Made by a program: the position numbers and the translations under genes. A DNA stretch of 64,000 bases from the human T2T-CHM13v2.0 reference genome, Homo sapiens: the NCBI RefSeq assembly GCF_009914755.1, contig NC_060926.1. The stretch is one strand, 5' to 3'. Of this stretch, positions 28,828 to 45,154 are shown piece by piece. The notes beneath the pieces were generated by a model that saw nothing but the letters and a program-made list of their open reading frames with translations, made no database searches and had not been told where the DNA came from. Each line of letters begins with the position of its first letter. Position 1 is the stretch's first letter.

Positions 28828-30139
28828 TCCTTGCTTTTCCCCTTCCTCCCTTTCCTTCCCTCTTGCACCCACTCCAAGCTGACCTTTGGCTCCCACTCCA
28901 CGGTACCCACTCAATGTCTTCAATGAACTCCAAGGGACAGAGCCAAGCAGTTTAGTCTCCATCTTACTTGGCCCAACAGTCAGGGAGGAATTTGGTTATG
29001 ATTTGTCTCTTGCTCCTTCCTCAAAGTCTGGAAGACGTTTCCACCCAGGGAACAGGGAAAACAGGGCAATGGACGGGCAGCAGTGTGGCTGGAGGACTGG
29101 CTCTGAAGTGCAGCAGGGATGCTGTTAAGGGGTGAGCAGGGCCACATCATGAGCCAGGTGGCCTGGCCTCATTTCCCATGCACTTGGTGGCCACTAAAGG
29201 GAGGAGGAGTGGGGAATGGCAGAGTTGGGTGATGCTTTAGAGGGATCACCCAGGTGGTGGTGGTGACAGATGGGAGGGGCTGGGCAGGAGCAAGGAACCT
29301 TACCTGAAGACTCCAGGTGGCTCAGAATGGAGAAACTGAAGGTCCAAACTGAGGCAGTGACACAGGCATGAAGGAGGGGAGCCGAGGAGAGCCGGGGAGG
29401 AAGCTGGGATCACTTCCAAGTCTCTAGCACAGACACATGAGTGCATGGAGGGCCCATTACAGAGTCCAGCAGCCCAGAAACACAGAGCCGGCTGAGGCCT
29501 GCATGGAAGTCCAGAGGTCCACCTGAGGCAGGTTGAGTGGTTGACCCTGAGGAACAGCCAGCGAGTGGCCAGTGAGGCAACGTGTTCAGTCTGGACATGC
29601 CTCATTGTTCCAAACAAGGTGACAGGGGAGAGGCAGCTCCTGCTGGAGAAGCCGCTGGTGAAGGTCCACTCTGCAGAGTTTCAGAATGGTGCCAGCCCTT
29701 CCAGGCTGCTCCTTGTCCATTCCCTGCCCCGTCAGCCAGCCTTGGCTGCCCTTTCAAGGACACATGAAGCCACAGGAACAGGGAGGGCCAGTCTGCGTGG
29801 CGAGGTGACCCCTGACACATGCCGAGGTCTCCCCTGTGCTGGGAGGCTGGAGGGCATGCCTCGGCCTCTCTGGGGTCCCCAAAGCACAGCTCTAAGTGCC
29901 CATGTGCACCCAGCAGGCTTCTGATCTCTCCCCTCCCCACACCTGGCTGAGTGGGTACCTGGCTGTCTTCATACCTATAGACAGGTAGGTGCAGTGCCTC
30001 ATTTGGCCTCAGACCCAGGTGTGATCTCCATACCAGCTCTTCTTGTATTTTTCCAGAGTGAATGGGGGTTGTTGACAACTTGTCCAGATGAGTGAAACTG
30101 ACATTTGCTTCCTATGTGCCTGTGTATTCTTTAAACAAT

Positions 30140-30676
<537 letters not shown>

Positions 30677-32859
30677 GCTGTTAATTCTGTTATGTTTATA
30701 TGCATTGCAATTGAGGAATGGAGGAGGAGTAATTGATATTTATGGCACATTTTGGCTGGAAATCTTTGAGAATACCCCTTGTGAGTTTTGCATGAAAAGG
30801 AGATTTTCAGGGTGGGGAGCTGAGCCTTGATTTGCAGGATCTCCAGCCTCACTTGTTCTGCACGGGATGCAGCGGCTTGTGTGTCCCATCAGAATGACGG
30901 CTGCAGCTGATGCTGGTGAGAGAGATTAAGAACAGAGCACCTTCTGCACCTCATCAGCAGGGATTCTTAATCTGGGTTGTAGGCTAAAATTAACTGGGGG
31001 AGGGGGCCAATTTAAACAATTACTAATGCCCAAGTCCCAACCCAAACCAATTGAATCTGAGTCCCTATCTACACCCTCCAAGTGGGGTCAACTTGGAGTG
31101 TTTACATCATAAACTCTGATTGTCATTGTGGATTTGAAAGACTCAGACTGTGGCTTCAACCACAGCAGCGTGATGGTGGATTTTATCTACAAAAGGATAA
31201 AGACCTTTGTGGGCTGGAGGGAAGAGGTTGTTTTACAAGGGATATTCCATCTTCTTGAGTAATGCACGGGAAAACCCACAGTGGAATTATCAGGAAACAA
31301 GACGCTAAAAATAAATGTGACATGCTTCTCTGATAGGAGAGTAGGGACAGATCTTGATATTTGCTTCAGCATGGGGGTGCCAGGACCACCCGGGGAGCCA
31401 GAAATGAAGAGATTGTAAGAGGCAGAAGAGAGCCTCTAATGAGATGCAGAGACTTCCCATTTCTTGTTTGCTGGAGGACTGAAGCCAGTGTCTGGAGGGC
31501 AGGCAATTTGCAACTATCATCATGAGCCTCCTCAAAGATGAAGTCTGTCTGTTGAATTTGTATTTATAGATAAAATATACCAAACAATTGGCAGAACTTG
31601 CTGGTATGCTGGCGAAGCTGAAATCATACATACCTAACTTTTCCATATATTTTCCTTCTTTCAAAAATTCCCTAGTTATGGTGTTTGGCTGGGGTCTGAA
31701 CTGTATTACGAATTGGTCCTGCCATCATGATTTTACTTGTAGTAGCTTTTCTAAGGGCTTGAAATTTGCTTGAGTTTTCTAAATTTTATGGGTGAGGGGA
31801 TGGTAGTGAGAGAATCTTATGGTTGTTACTGGCTTCTTGGAAAAGTGGGGCCCAGGAAGACTTGGGATTAGATTTCCAGTCCTTTGCAGATGCCAAAAGA
31901 ATCCTGTCCATTGAAAAGTGGTTTGGGAAGCAGTGTCTTCAGGAGAAATCCATCTGAAATCTACTTCCACCAGAAACCCCTCTCTCTAACACTGAGAAGA
32001 AAGGGAAATTTGAAAAGAGAATTATTTTTACCTCAATTTATTTGGACTTTAATTCCTATGTGGAAATCTAAAAATGAGAAAGAATTGAGTGTCCATATTT
32101 GAGATCCTTCTTCAATATATATTTGGGTGCACCGTATGATCTCTCCAGGACCATAATAGACCACACTGCTGAACTTACGTACTGTGTGAAATAGAATAGG
32201 GTAAATTTCAGAATAGGGTATAATGTAGCCTTGAAGCTAATTTAATTAATATCCCATTCTTGCTCACTTCAGAGCCTTTGGGGAATCCCATGAAATAGTA
32301 GAAGTTGAGGGAGTGGTTTTACAGCTGCTGTCCTACCCTCAGGAGACAGTTAATTCATAGACACACTTGCACGATTAAATCAAGTTCAGTGAGTGTACCC
32401 CAGAATCTGATGACAGCAGCCACCCTATTGGTTTCTGTCTGCATTTGATCAAATAGAATGGCCTGGGGGTGTATGGGTGATGGTAAACATCCAAATGCCA
32501 TTCCAACAATCTACTTAATAACTGACCTTTACGGGGTGGTAAAGTAATCCTCAAAAGGTGTGAAATTTTAGTAAATAATCTTTATTTTTTTTAGTTGTGC
32601 AGCATTCCAGGCGAATTATGGATTTATACCCCATCATTCCAGACAAAAAAACACTCTAAGGTTTAAGTTTCCTATTTATTTAGCCAAAGATGCAGATACT
32701 TATTGGAAGTGAGGTGGCTACACAGAGTAGAAGATAGGTAAAGATACTTCATGTCTCATTGTAGCTTCTTTTGACCCTTCATTTATCTACAGAGTACTAG
32801 TCAGTCAAGGTGGATTCTTGCTGGGTCTAAGAAAATACATTTCTTATTACTCCACAACA

Positions 32860-33288
32860 TTCCAGAAAACCCAGTTATGCACAATCCAGCACCCCTGGAC
32901 TCTGATTTAATACTCTTTCATTTGGAGAAAGAGAGATGTTAAGGAATTGGTGCATGCAGTTGTGGGCGTGCAAGCCTGAAATCTGCAGGGCAGGTTGGCA
33001 GCCTGGAGGCCTGGGGAAGAGCTGACATTGTAGCTCAAGTCCAGAGGCAGTCAGGAGCAGAATTTCTTCTTCCTCAGGGGACCTCAGTCTTTTTTTCCTA
33101 AGGTCTTCAACTGATTGGATGAGGCCCACTCACATTACAGAAGGTCATTTTGTGTGCTCAAAATCTACCAATTTAAATGTTGGTGACATCTAGAAACATC
33201 TTCACAGCAACATCTAGACTGTGTTTCTGTGTTTGATCAAACACCTGGCACCTTAATCTAGCTAAGCTGGCACGTGAAATTAACCATT
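32860..33288 (-). mobile_element. MLT2 (ERVL) LTR
   Basis: aaggaattgg...aactgattggatgaggcccactcacatta...gtgaaattaaccat. Confidence 0.8.
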
Positions 33289-33391
33289 AGAGATGATAAA
33301 GCTGAAACTCAAAAAAGTATTGAGTGATGTAGCTAGGACTTGAGCTGAGAGCTGTCCGACTCCGGAACCTGTCCCATAAGACCATGATCTC

Positions 33392-33393
<2 letters not shown>

Positions 33394-33441
<48 letters not shown>
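33394..33441. repeat. (TG)~24 microsatellite
   Basis: Pure TG run. Confidence 0.98.
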
Positions 33442-33442
<1 letters not shown>

Positions 33443-34658
33443 TAGGGGCAGTGGTGTGGTGGGGACTGGGTCTGTTCACCCAGGGCCTGCTGACTGCAAC
33501 AGCCATTCTTCCTGCTTTGGAAAACTTCTGGTCACCTTATGGGGAAAAATCCTGAGATTTCTCAGTATAGTATCCCTGGAAGACCATTCACTAGGACCTG
33601 GCATTGTTGGAAGGCAAGCATTCCTGGACAGATGCCAGAGGCTGAGCACGGGTTTAGTTCAATCCAACTCAGTTCAATGCAACCTGCATTATTTAGCCCT
33701 GACCATGTGCCAGTTTGCTCTTGGCCACAGTGTAGTTTAGGAGAAACAGATGAAAATACACAGCTCATCCCCTTTGGATCTGGTGAAGTTGGAGGCAGGA
33801 AAGCACAGAAAATATTTGGAACAAAAACGACAGATGCATGTTCTAGTAGGAATCCAGGGCTGTCACTGATGGCTGACCTGCCATATTACTCAAGTCAAAT
33901 CTTACTAATTCAGCCCTTATTAGATAATATGGAAAAATACATTATTGTTTAAAGATCTATTTAAATGTGTATAGCTTTTCAGTTTCAACCAAGGTTAGTT
34001 TGCCTTTGACAGAAAGCTTAATGATAAGAGAACTTGTTATGAACAGTGATATGTGTGTGCGTGTGTTTATGTATAATTAACTGGAAAGAACCAACAAACT
34101 TGGATTTGAATACTAACTGGTGTTAAAGTTAAAGGTAAAATCATGACTCTCATGAAAATATATAATGAATGCAAGCCAAGGATTTTATTTAACTTATTAA
34201 TTAATGAGGAAACTGGTAAAATGTAAAAACAAGTTCAATGAACACACACATATAGGCAATCAGGTATTGGAAATGAATTTGCATATAGATGCAAAACAAG
34301 TTGTGTCCACAGGGCAATAATCAATTGTATCTTCAAGGCCCAAAATTGATTTGCATTTCCATGGACAGGAATTATTTGCATTACTTGCATTATCAGTTTT
34401 CTTCAACTTATAAAGTTGTAAAATAGCACAAAGATGTTCAGAAAGTGCAGATAGCTTGGAAGGATGCTCTAGAAAGAACACTCACTAGTTTGCTTTTTCC
34501 CATTTCAAATCCTTGCACAGTCTTTTCCTGACAGTGGTGAATGCCAGGATAATGGCTTTGGGCACGTTGTTTAACCTCTCTGAGTCTCAGTCACCTTATC
34601 TATAAAATGGGGCTGATACTTTTTCACTGGACTGTCCTGCAGATTAAAAGTGATAATG

Positions 34659-34991
34659 TGGTCATGCACCACATAGTGACGTTCTGATCAGTGATGGACT
34701 GCATATGTGACAGTGGTCCCATAAGATTATAATACTGTATTTTTACTGTACCTTTTCTATGTTTAGATACCTAAATACTTACCATTGTGTTACAATGGCC
34801 AGCTGTATTCAGCACAGTAACATGTACATATATGTAGCCTAGGAACAATAGGCTATACCATATACCCTTGGTGGGTAGTAAGCTCTACCGTCTAGGTCTG
34901 TGTTAAGTACACTCTATGATTGCACAATGACGGAATCACCTAACAATGCATTTCTCAGACCATATCCCTGTTGTTAAGCAATGCATGGCTG
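34659..34991. mobile_element. MER47A-like (Tigger) DNA transposon
   Basis: ggtcccataagattataatactgtatttttactgtaccttttctatgtttagatac...gttaagcaatgcatggctg. Confidence 0.85.
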
Positions 34992-35054
34992 TATATACAA
35001 ACTTCCTGACACAGAGTACATATCCAATCAGTATTAGGTCTCCTTCCTCCGTAG

Positions 35055-35232
35055 TTTTTTTTTTTTTGAAATGGAGTCTTGCTCTGTTGCCCAGGCTGGA
35101 GTGCAGTGGCATGATCTTGGCTCACTGCAAGCTCTGCCTCCCAGGTTCAAGCCATTCTCCTGCCTCAGCCTCCTGAGTAGCTGGGAATACAGGTGCATGC
35201 TGCCATGCGCGCTAATTTTTTGTATTTTTTTT
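35055..35232 (-). mobile_element. Alu right arm (half of an Alu split by L1)
   Basis: Ends in the linker gctaattttttgtatttt. TSD cttcctccgta at 35043. Confidence 0.92.
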
Positions 35233-35351
35233 ATGGTAGCTAATAAAATGTATTATAAAATTTTAAAGAGATGATAGAATCTAATTTATAAAATAATTAA
35301 ACTGGAAGACATTTACCTACAGAAGGTTAATGCAACTTTGCCTAAACTAAG

Positions 35352-37590
<2,239 letters not shown>

Positions 37591-38087
37591 CTTCCTCTGT
37601 ATTTTTTTAAAAGCTGATATGAGGACTTGTTTCCAACACATCTCTTCATTCATTGCATTTGCTTATTCGACATTTGCTGAAGGCCTGTTATACCAGGCAT
37701 GTGCTAAGCTAATGCACAGCTAATGACCGCACAGTGAGCAAATCACAGACTTTAAGGAGCTTGTAGACAGGTAGTAGGGGTGGTGGAAGAGGCAGGCCAA
37801 TCAGTAAGTCATTAGTTATGATTTGTTTGGCTCTCAGTGGCGGGAATCCCGGGAGGGGAGCCCCTGGGAGCGTGCATAGTGGTTGAAAGCAGCGACTCAG
37901 AAGCCGCACTGCTGTGGCTCATTAACTGCATCCTTGGTCAAGTTACTTAGCCTCTTGGTGCCTCAATTTCTTTGTCTTTGGAATAAAGATGAAACCTGTA
38001 GGCTGTGGTGTGGCTGAAATGAGTTAATACACTTGGAACAGTGCCTGGTGCATGTTAAGCACCATCTAAGTATTTGCTATTATTCCT

Positions 38088-38377
38088 ATTTTTTTCCAGG
38101 TGAAGTCTCGCTCTGTGGCTTAGTCTGGAGTGCAGTTGGTGCTTTCTCGGCTCTGCAAACTCCACCTCCTGAATTCAAGCAATTCTCCTGCTTCAGCCTC
38201 CCGAGTAGCTGGGATTACAGGCACACGCCGCCACACCCGGCTAATTTTTGTATTTTTAGTAGACACAGGGTTTCACCATGTTGGTCAGGCTGGTGTAGAA
38301 CTCCTGACCTCCAGTGATCCACCTGCCTCAGCTTCCCAAAGTGCTGGGATTACAGGCATGAGCCACTGTGCTCAGCC
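38088..38377 (-). mobile_element. AluS with TSD
   Basis: TSD ttgctattatt. Confidence 0.94.
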
Positions 38378-39083
38378 CTTGCTATTATTATTTAATGAAT
38401 ATAATGTGCCTGTATTGGACAAAGAGTAGTTTCTACATAAAAACCCAAGTTAGAGAAAGACAAAATCATAAAATAAAATGCACACATCCTTGTGGCTAAA
38501 CTGAACTGTCAGACTATGCTCAGGCGTGAACTTGACTTTTCTGTGCTCTTGTGTTCCCTCTAACAGGTTCCCTCGGCATAGTCTCAGCTCTGAGACGTCT
38601 CTTCTCCATCCTAGCCCTCTGGAGATGTTTGAGGAGCCAACTGTTCACCTGTCTTGTCTACCAAGCTCAAAGTTCCTTGTTTTACCTGTTCACTGACTTC
38701 TTACTGTTGGGAAACTTCCCTCAAAACAAAGGCTGCCTCCTCTTTATTAGCCCCTGTGTTCTCAGAGAGAAAGATCTTTTAGTCTCATTTTAGACACTTT
38801 CAGTCCTTCTACATGCAGTGGGGCCCCCAACACTTATACAGTTTCTTTCATCCTGACCACAGCTGTGAGGGCAGTTGGGCCTTGGTGGCTCAGTGGTGGC
38901 CAATTCTGAACGCAGTGGACACGTGACTGCCTGGGTTTAAAACTGACTTCACTGACAAGTCTCCAACAAGCACTCAAGTACCCAGAGGAAGAGTGAAGGC
39001 ATGAACTCTAACCTGTTGTCTACCCAAATGGGTCTGCTCTTGTCAGATCTGTAGACCTCAGAAGGCATTTTCAGGAGTCTTCG

Positions 39084-39447
39084 TGTATTAGTCCATTTTC
39101 ATACTGCTATGAAGAAATACCCAAGACTAGGTAATTTATAAAGAAAAAGAGATTTAATGGACTCACAGTTCCATATGGCTGGGGAGGCCTCAAAATCATG
39201 GCAGAAGGTGAAGGAGGAGCAAAGGCACATCTTACATGGCAGCAGGCAAGAGAGCATGTGCAGGGAAACTGCCCTTTATAAAACCATCAGATCTTAAGAG
39301 ACTTACTCACTATCATGAGAACAGCATGGAAACAACCCACTCCCATGATTCAATTATCTCCCACTGAGTCCCTCCCATGACGTGTGGGGATTATGGGAGC
39401 TACAATTCAGGATGAGATTTGTGTGGGGACACAGTTAAGCCACATCA
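39084..39447 (-). mobile_element. THE1 solo LTR (intact)
   Basis: tgtattagtccattttcatactgct...ggggacacagttaagccacatca. Confidence 0.93.
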
Positions 39448-39738
39448 CCTTACCTTATTGGGAAAGGTACTGCTGTTTTTCTGTTTGTTCCATGGCCTTC
39501 AGTATATAATTAAAAAAAATTGTGGAGGCAGCATCTTGCCCAGGATTAGAACTGTAGGGGAGAAAGATCATCCTTGGGCCAGGGTGAGGTGACGACTGCT
39601 ATTGTGATAGTGGTTTATTGAGCATCTATTATGTCAGGTACCATGATAGGTACTTTATGCTTCTTACAACTTAATTCTCAAAACTGTCCCCAGGGTAAGC
39701 AGAATGAAGGCCCTGGGCATAACTTGAACACCCGAGGA

Positions 39739-39861
39739 ACTTGAACCCAAGGCTGGCACAAAAGCCAGAAGGTGTTACTCTCCACCAGCTCAGGGATTGT
39801 GAAGATCTCTGTGCAGACTCCACTCTGTGGTTGGACAGCATCCCTGAGACATGCATTTTGG
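39739..39861 (+). ncRNA. Possible first exon of a downstream lncRNA (possibly MIR3681HG)
   Basis: Consensus donor TGG|GTAAGT at 39862 in unique sequence. The start coordinate rests only on my recollection that a lncRNA begins about 21 kb past the LPIN1 end, and is not verifiable here. Confidence 0.3.
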
Positions 39862-40779
39862 GTAAGTGGAGGGGCAGGCGGGACAGAGGCAGGGCATGGC
39901 AGGATGAACTGCCTCCCTCCCCCGAGGCTTTGTGCCCTGTTGCCGGGCCTTAGCGATGCTGCTGCAGGTGATGCTGCTGCTAGAGCAGAGCCTGTGTTTC
40001 TGAGATGACGAGGCAGAGTCCCGTACAAGCTGGACAGCCTCCCTCTCATAGCCCAATGCTCTGCAGATGCTGTGGAAACGGTGTCCAGGCTGTGTGATGT
40101 GCACAGTGTGGGGTATTGGCAACCCTGGTTTGGGGTTTTTGGAGCATCCACTACATATCTGGCACCATCACATGATAGAAGCTCATGTTTCTGCCCATCC
40201 CCCGCAGCCTGTCCTGTCCCCAGGGCTCTGGCTCAGGGTGTTTCATGCTGGGTCACTGACCAGCCTCTTCCTAGGCACTGGGCTTCCAATCCCTGTCCCT
40301 GTGATTTTCTCCCCAGTGCACTCAAACTGATCTTCCTCTCCTTCAGCTGTTCGTTGTTTTCTACACAATAATGCACAGGTCTCAAAGGGCACCTTGTCCC
40401 AGGGCTTATTGGCCTGCCCCATGGCAGCCACACTGAGCCACCGGACCTCCGGCTTAGCCCACTCTATGCTCTATTTCCTCCATGTGGACCTTCAGGAACT
40501 ATTTTTTGAAAACGCATCAAAACAGCTTCCAGCTGATGCTTTCTATCTCCCTGCTCGTTCAGTTGGTTTCTGCTATTATTCCTGGTGGTGGAGTGCAGAG
40601 ACATCAGCATGATCCCGGAGGGTCACAGCAGAAACAAGCTGGAAGGTCTCGGATTGATGGGCTGAGACCTGCCCTGAGTGTCGGGAGGGAGACCCGTTCT
40701 CATGCCCGGCGTCCCTTCCGGAAGTCCCTTCTCCTCTCTGGGCTTCTGTTTCTCCCCATTACACTGAAAGATTGGCCTG

Positions 40780-40967
40780 GTTGGTGGTTTTTCCCAGGTG
40801 GTCTCTGTCCCATCACCTCGGAACTCCTTAGAAGTGCAAATTCTCAGGCGCCACTCCAGACCCATCAGCTCAGAAATGCAGGGCACGGAGCACAGTAATC
40901 TGTGTTTTACTAAACCGGGAGGATAGGGAGGGTGTTCTGGTACCGCCTAAAGTTTAAGAACCACTGG
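40780..40967. mobile_element. MER5A
   Basis: catcacctcggaactccttagaagtgcaaattctcagg...aaagtttaagaaccactg. Confidence 0.75.
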
Positions 40968-41749
40968 TTAGGTAAATTTTCAGTCCCCTTCTGACTCTGA
41001 TAGTCTGATTCTCTGCTCTGATCTGTGAAGAGGACAAATTGTGCCTATTCCTGATGACATCTGGGACGACAATGGGCGAGAGAGGGGTTCCCACAAGAAA
41101 GTGAAACTCAGGCGGCTACAGAAGTTCCTTTCGAGCAACACCTATTATCACGTTACTCGGATTCCATTTGCTAATTAATTTCAGTGAAAGCTGAAAGGAG
41201 CCCCGTGGGAAGGTCTTGATGGCCCTGCAGTGGACACATTAGGAACAATTCCCGGCTGTCCCTGAAAGGCCCCTGGAAGGCTCCCTTCGGCAGCACCTGG
41301 AGAGGGAGGCTGACAGCAGCTTTGTGCATCTCAGAGTGGATACTGTTTCTCCCATTGGTCCTTCACACAATTGGGCGAGTGTCCGCGGCCCGGCTGGCCT
41401 CCAGCTGCGGCTGTGTGCCCAGCTCCCCTGGAAGTGTGCCTGCAGCCCGAGAAGGGGCGCCCTGTTTCCGTGGGAGGCATGCCCGGCTCCCGTTGACAGG
41501 TCTGCAGCTCACTCATGGAAAGGCCTGCTTTCCGGAGCTGGCCTCGGACTGAGCCCGGAAACAATTATCTCAGGGCCCAGTGTGTGGCTCGGGGGCTGGT
41601 GCACAGTAGGTGTGCTGAACAACAGCTGATGCCAACTTGAGGTCTGTTGGATCATTTCTTAAAATTGCTTCGGGGCAATCCCAGAATCAATTTTGGGTAG
41701 CTCTTTGGCTCCTAGAGGCTGTCGGCCGTGGGGTGGGGGGCATATTTTA

Positions 41750-42173
<424 letters not shown>

Positions 42174-43431
42174 CTAGATGACATTGCATCTATGATAGTG
42201 CATTCCATGCATGATGGGATTGCTTGGAGAAGCAGTTTCTAATTTCCAGAGGAAAAATTTAGGGCCCCCAAAATAGGTATCCTGACCAAAGTCACACAAG
42301 GAGTAAGTGATAGAGTCAAAATACTAAATTTAGTTTCATTTACTGAATCCTTACCATGTGGCTCAATAATATAGCCACTGTGTGACGGGTTTCTATTTCT
42401 AATTCTTCTATTTGTCTAGTTATTCTAATGATTCTAACACATCTGTCTAATCGAATCCTCACACTAATGCCTTACAAGGTATCTTTGTCACCTTTTTACA
42501 GATGAGGAAACTGAGGCTCAAGGGGGTAAATTAACTTACCTGCTGTCACCCGTGGCTAGTAAATGGCTAGGCTTGGATTGTACCCCATTGATGTTGGGTG
42601 AATGGATGACATCAAAGCCTGTTCTCCACCACATTCCTCCAGGCAGAAAGTTTCAGGGTGGCCTGGAGGAAGCCTGCACCTTGTCAGGGGTTGTGGCGTC
42701 TGGATTTTCACCATCCGCAATCTTTAGGATTTAATTGCCCTCAGCCCCCAACTCCAAGTGATGAGTTTACTCTGAGCAGGGCTCTTCCTGGACAGTTGAG
42801 CCCCTGGGGAAATCACATGACATTTCTATGAGACCATTAGTGAGGCTTTGACATGATTACAAATCCACACCGTGAGACTACAGTTCATCATACAGACTCT
42901 ACCTGAGATAGAGGTGCCTTAAGGAGCATGGAAACCACTGTGACTTGGGCAAGAGCTGGGGCATCTAACCGGGCGGTGGGAGGGTTCCGGAAAGAGTGAT
43001 AGAGGCTGACAAAGAGAACCTTCACTCCACTGGCTCATGAGGGAATATGATCGTCATCTTGCAGATGAAGAAATGGGCCCAGAGATGGTGGGTGAGTGGT
43101 TTAGTTACATTGAAGTCATTTTTTCAGGTAGTCACCGACTCCAGCTTCTCTGTGCCAAAAACTTACATGCTCATACACGGGAAGCCAGAGATCAAATTCC
43201 ATCTCTGCCCCCAAGAAACCCATAGCCTAGTGGCAGAGAGATAAATCATAAGAAGGCATGATACAACAGATCAGGAACTGTATTTTTGGCCGAGTACCCT
43301 AATGTTCACAGATATGAGAAGAATGGTGGAGAAAACACCCTTCCTTTTTCCAGAATAACTACAATGAATTGGCAGTCTGTAGATTTTAAAGAATGTTCAC
43401 ATGTCAGCCATGCGCATTGAATTCAAGTTTA

Positions 43432-43706
43432 GTGGGTGCGGTGGCTCACGCCTGTAATCCCAGCACTTTGGGAGGCCGAGGAGGGCGGATCACTTGATGT
43501 TAGGAGTTTGAAACCAGCCTGGCCAACATGATGAAACCCTGTCTATACTAAAAATACAAAAAAATTAGCTGGGCATGGTGGGAGGCTGAGGCAGGAGAAT
43601 TGCTTGAACCCTGGAGGTGGAAGTTTCAGTGAGCTGAGATCACATCACTGCACTCCAGCCTGGGCAACAGGGTGAGACTCCATTTCAAAAACAAACAAAC
43701 AAAAAA
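43432..43706 (+). mobile_element. AluS with ~28-bp right-arm deletion
   Basis: gggcatggtg|ggaggctgag junction, TSD tgaattcaag(t/c)tta. Confidence 0.93.
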
Positions 43707-44816
43707 TGAATTCAAGCTTAGTGGATAGATGAATACTGCTCTGTGAAGGTACATTTTGTGGATGTGTCTGAGATTGCATAAGCTGTGAGTGGCGGAGCTG
43801 GACTTGAACCCAGGTATCTCTCCTGGTTTCCAACATCAAGTTAGGTGAGCGGCGGCAGAGCTGGAATAGTGAAAGTCCTTATTTCCTCAGAATAACAAAG
43901 GATAGATGGACGGACATAAAGTAGGGAAGGCTGGAGTGATATCATCCCAAAATGAATCTCCTGAGAGGTTTGTGAGCTGCAGATCAGAACTGAAAGTGGC
44001 AGAGAGGCTGAAAAACATCTTCTCAACTGGAACAGTATGTGGCTTTCAAGTTGTATTTAGGGGGAGAGGAAGGAGAACCGCTATTTCAGGGAAGGGAACT
44101 GCAGAGACCCAGGCAGGGCCAACTCACAGCAGAGTGTTAGGCAGGCCAGGGAGGGGGAAGGGGAAGAAGGAAGGAACAATGATAGAACCCTGATTGTGTG
44201 CCGAATACTTTCCACACGCGATTTCATGTCATTGTCACATAAAACTATGACAAGGGATTCTGCTGTTACTTTTGGGTGAAGGGAAGTGGCTTGCTCCTGC
44301 CTGTGTTGTTGAGAAGCAGCAGAGGTAGGTTTGGAACTCTCATCTGCCGGACTCCAAATCCTGTTCTCTTCCCCCTTCCCCACACCATCTTCCCACCCTA
44401 TTCTTCATGCTTCTGACTGTGGCAGCCTTTTGGCTGTCCCCGGCGGTAACGTTTCCATGCAATGACACAGAGCCAGTAATACATGTCAGCTTTAGTCAGC
44501 TCTGAAGAAGAAGGGGTCAGTTTTAGAGAGGTGGGAAAAATAACGGGAACAATCCTGGTTGGGGGCCAAGTCTACACCAAAGCCTAAAACTGTGGCAGGC
44601 AGGTGCCTTGGGTTGTGGGGGCCTGGAGTGCTGCCCACACAAGTGGACCATGGGTCATGAGGCCAGAATGGCAATTGGGGTCAAATATGATGGCCTGGAA
44701 CCCCCATAGGTGATAAGGTTTATTGGAGGATTTTAGTGAAAAGAGCATAAAGAAACAATGATGAAAACACTTGCGCTGTTTGTGAGGTGGCAAGGGGGAC
44801 ACTCACAGACATGGAG

Positions 44817-45154
44817 GTCTTTATCTCACCATCCTACCTAGATGCTGAGAGGAAAATGCTTTCCAGGGACAGGGTTGGCGCTGCGTTTCTGGGCATCTCA
44901 AGTAGCTGCAATCAGGACAGAAGCCCTTCTTGGTCGCCTGCCCTGAATGGCCTGAATGTTCAGGGCTGAAGCCTTTGGAAGACTACCTGTGCATTCGCCT
45001 TGATGATGCAGGGTGAGGGCTTAGACCCACTGCTTCCAGAATGCCTGTGCATTCACCCCGATGATGCAGGGTGAGGGCTTAGCCCCACTGCTCCAACCCT
45101 GTCCCTGGAAAGCATTTTCCTCTCAGCATCTAGGTAGGATGGTGAGATAAAGAC
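44817..45154. repeat. Perfect 62-bp inverted repeat (arms 44817-44878 and 45093-45154, 214-bp spacer)
   Basis: Checked base by base. The ORF track shows the same peptide VFISPSYLDAERKMLSRDRVGA on both strands (44787+ and 45053-). Confidence 0.97.

Noticed and set aside
35242-35247. AATAAA as the poly(A) signal of the L1 transduction
   Set aside because: It is on the + strand, whereas the L1 transcript is on the - strand; AATACA on - is the fitting signal.
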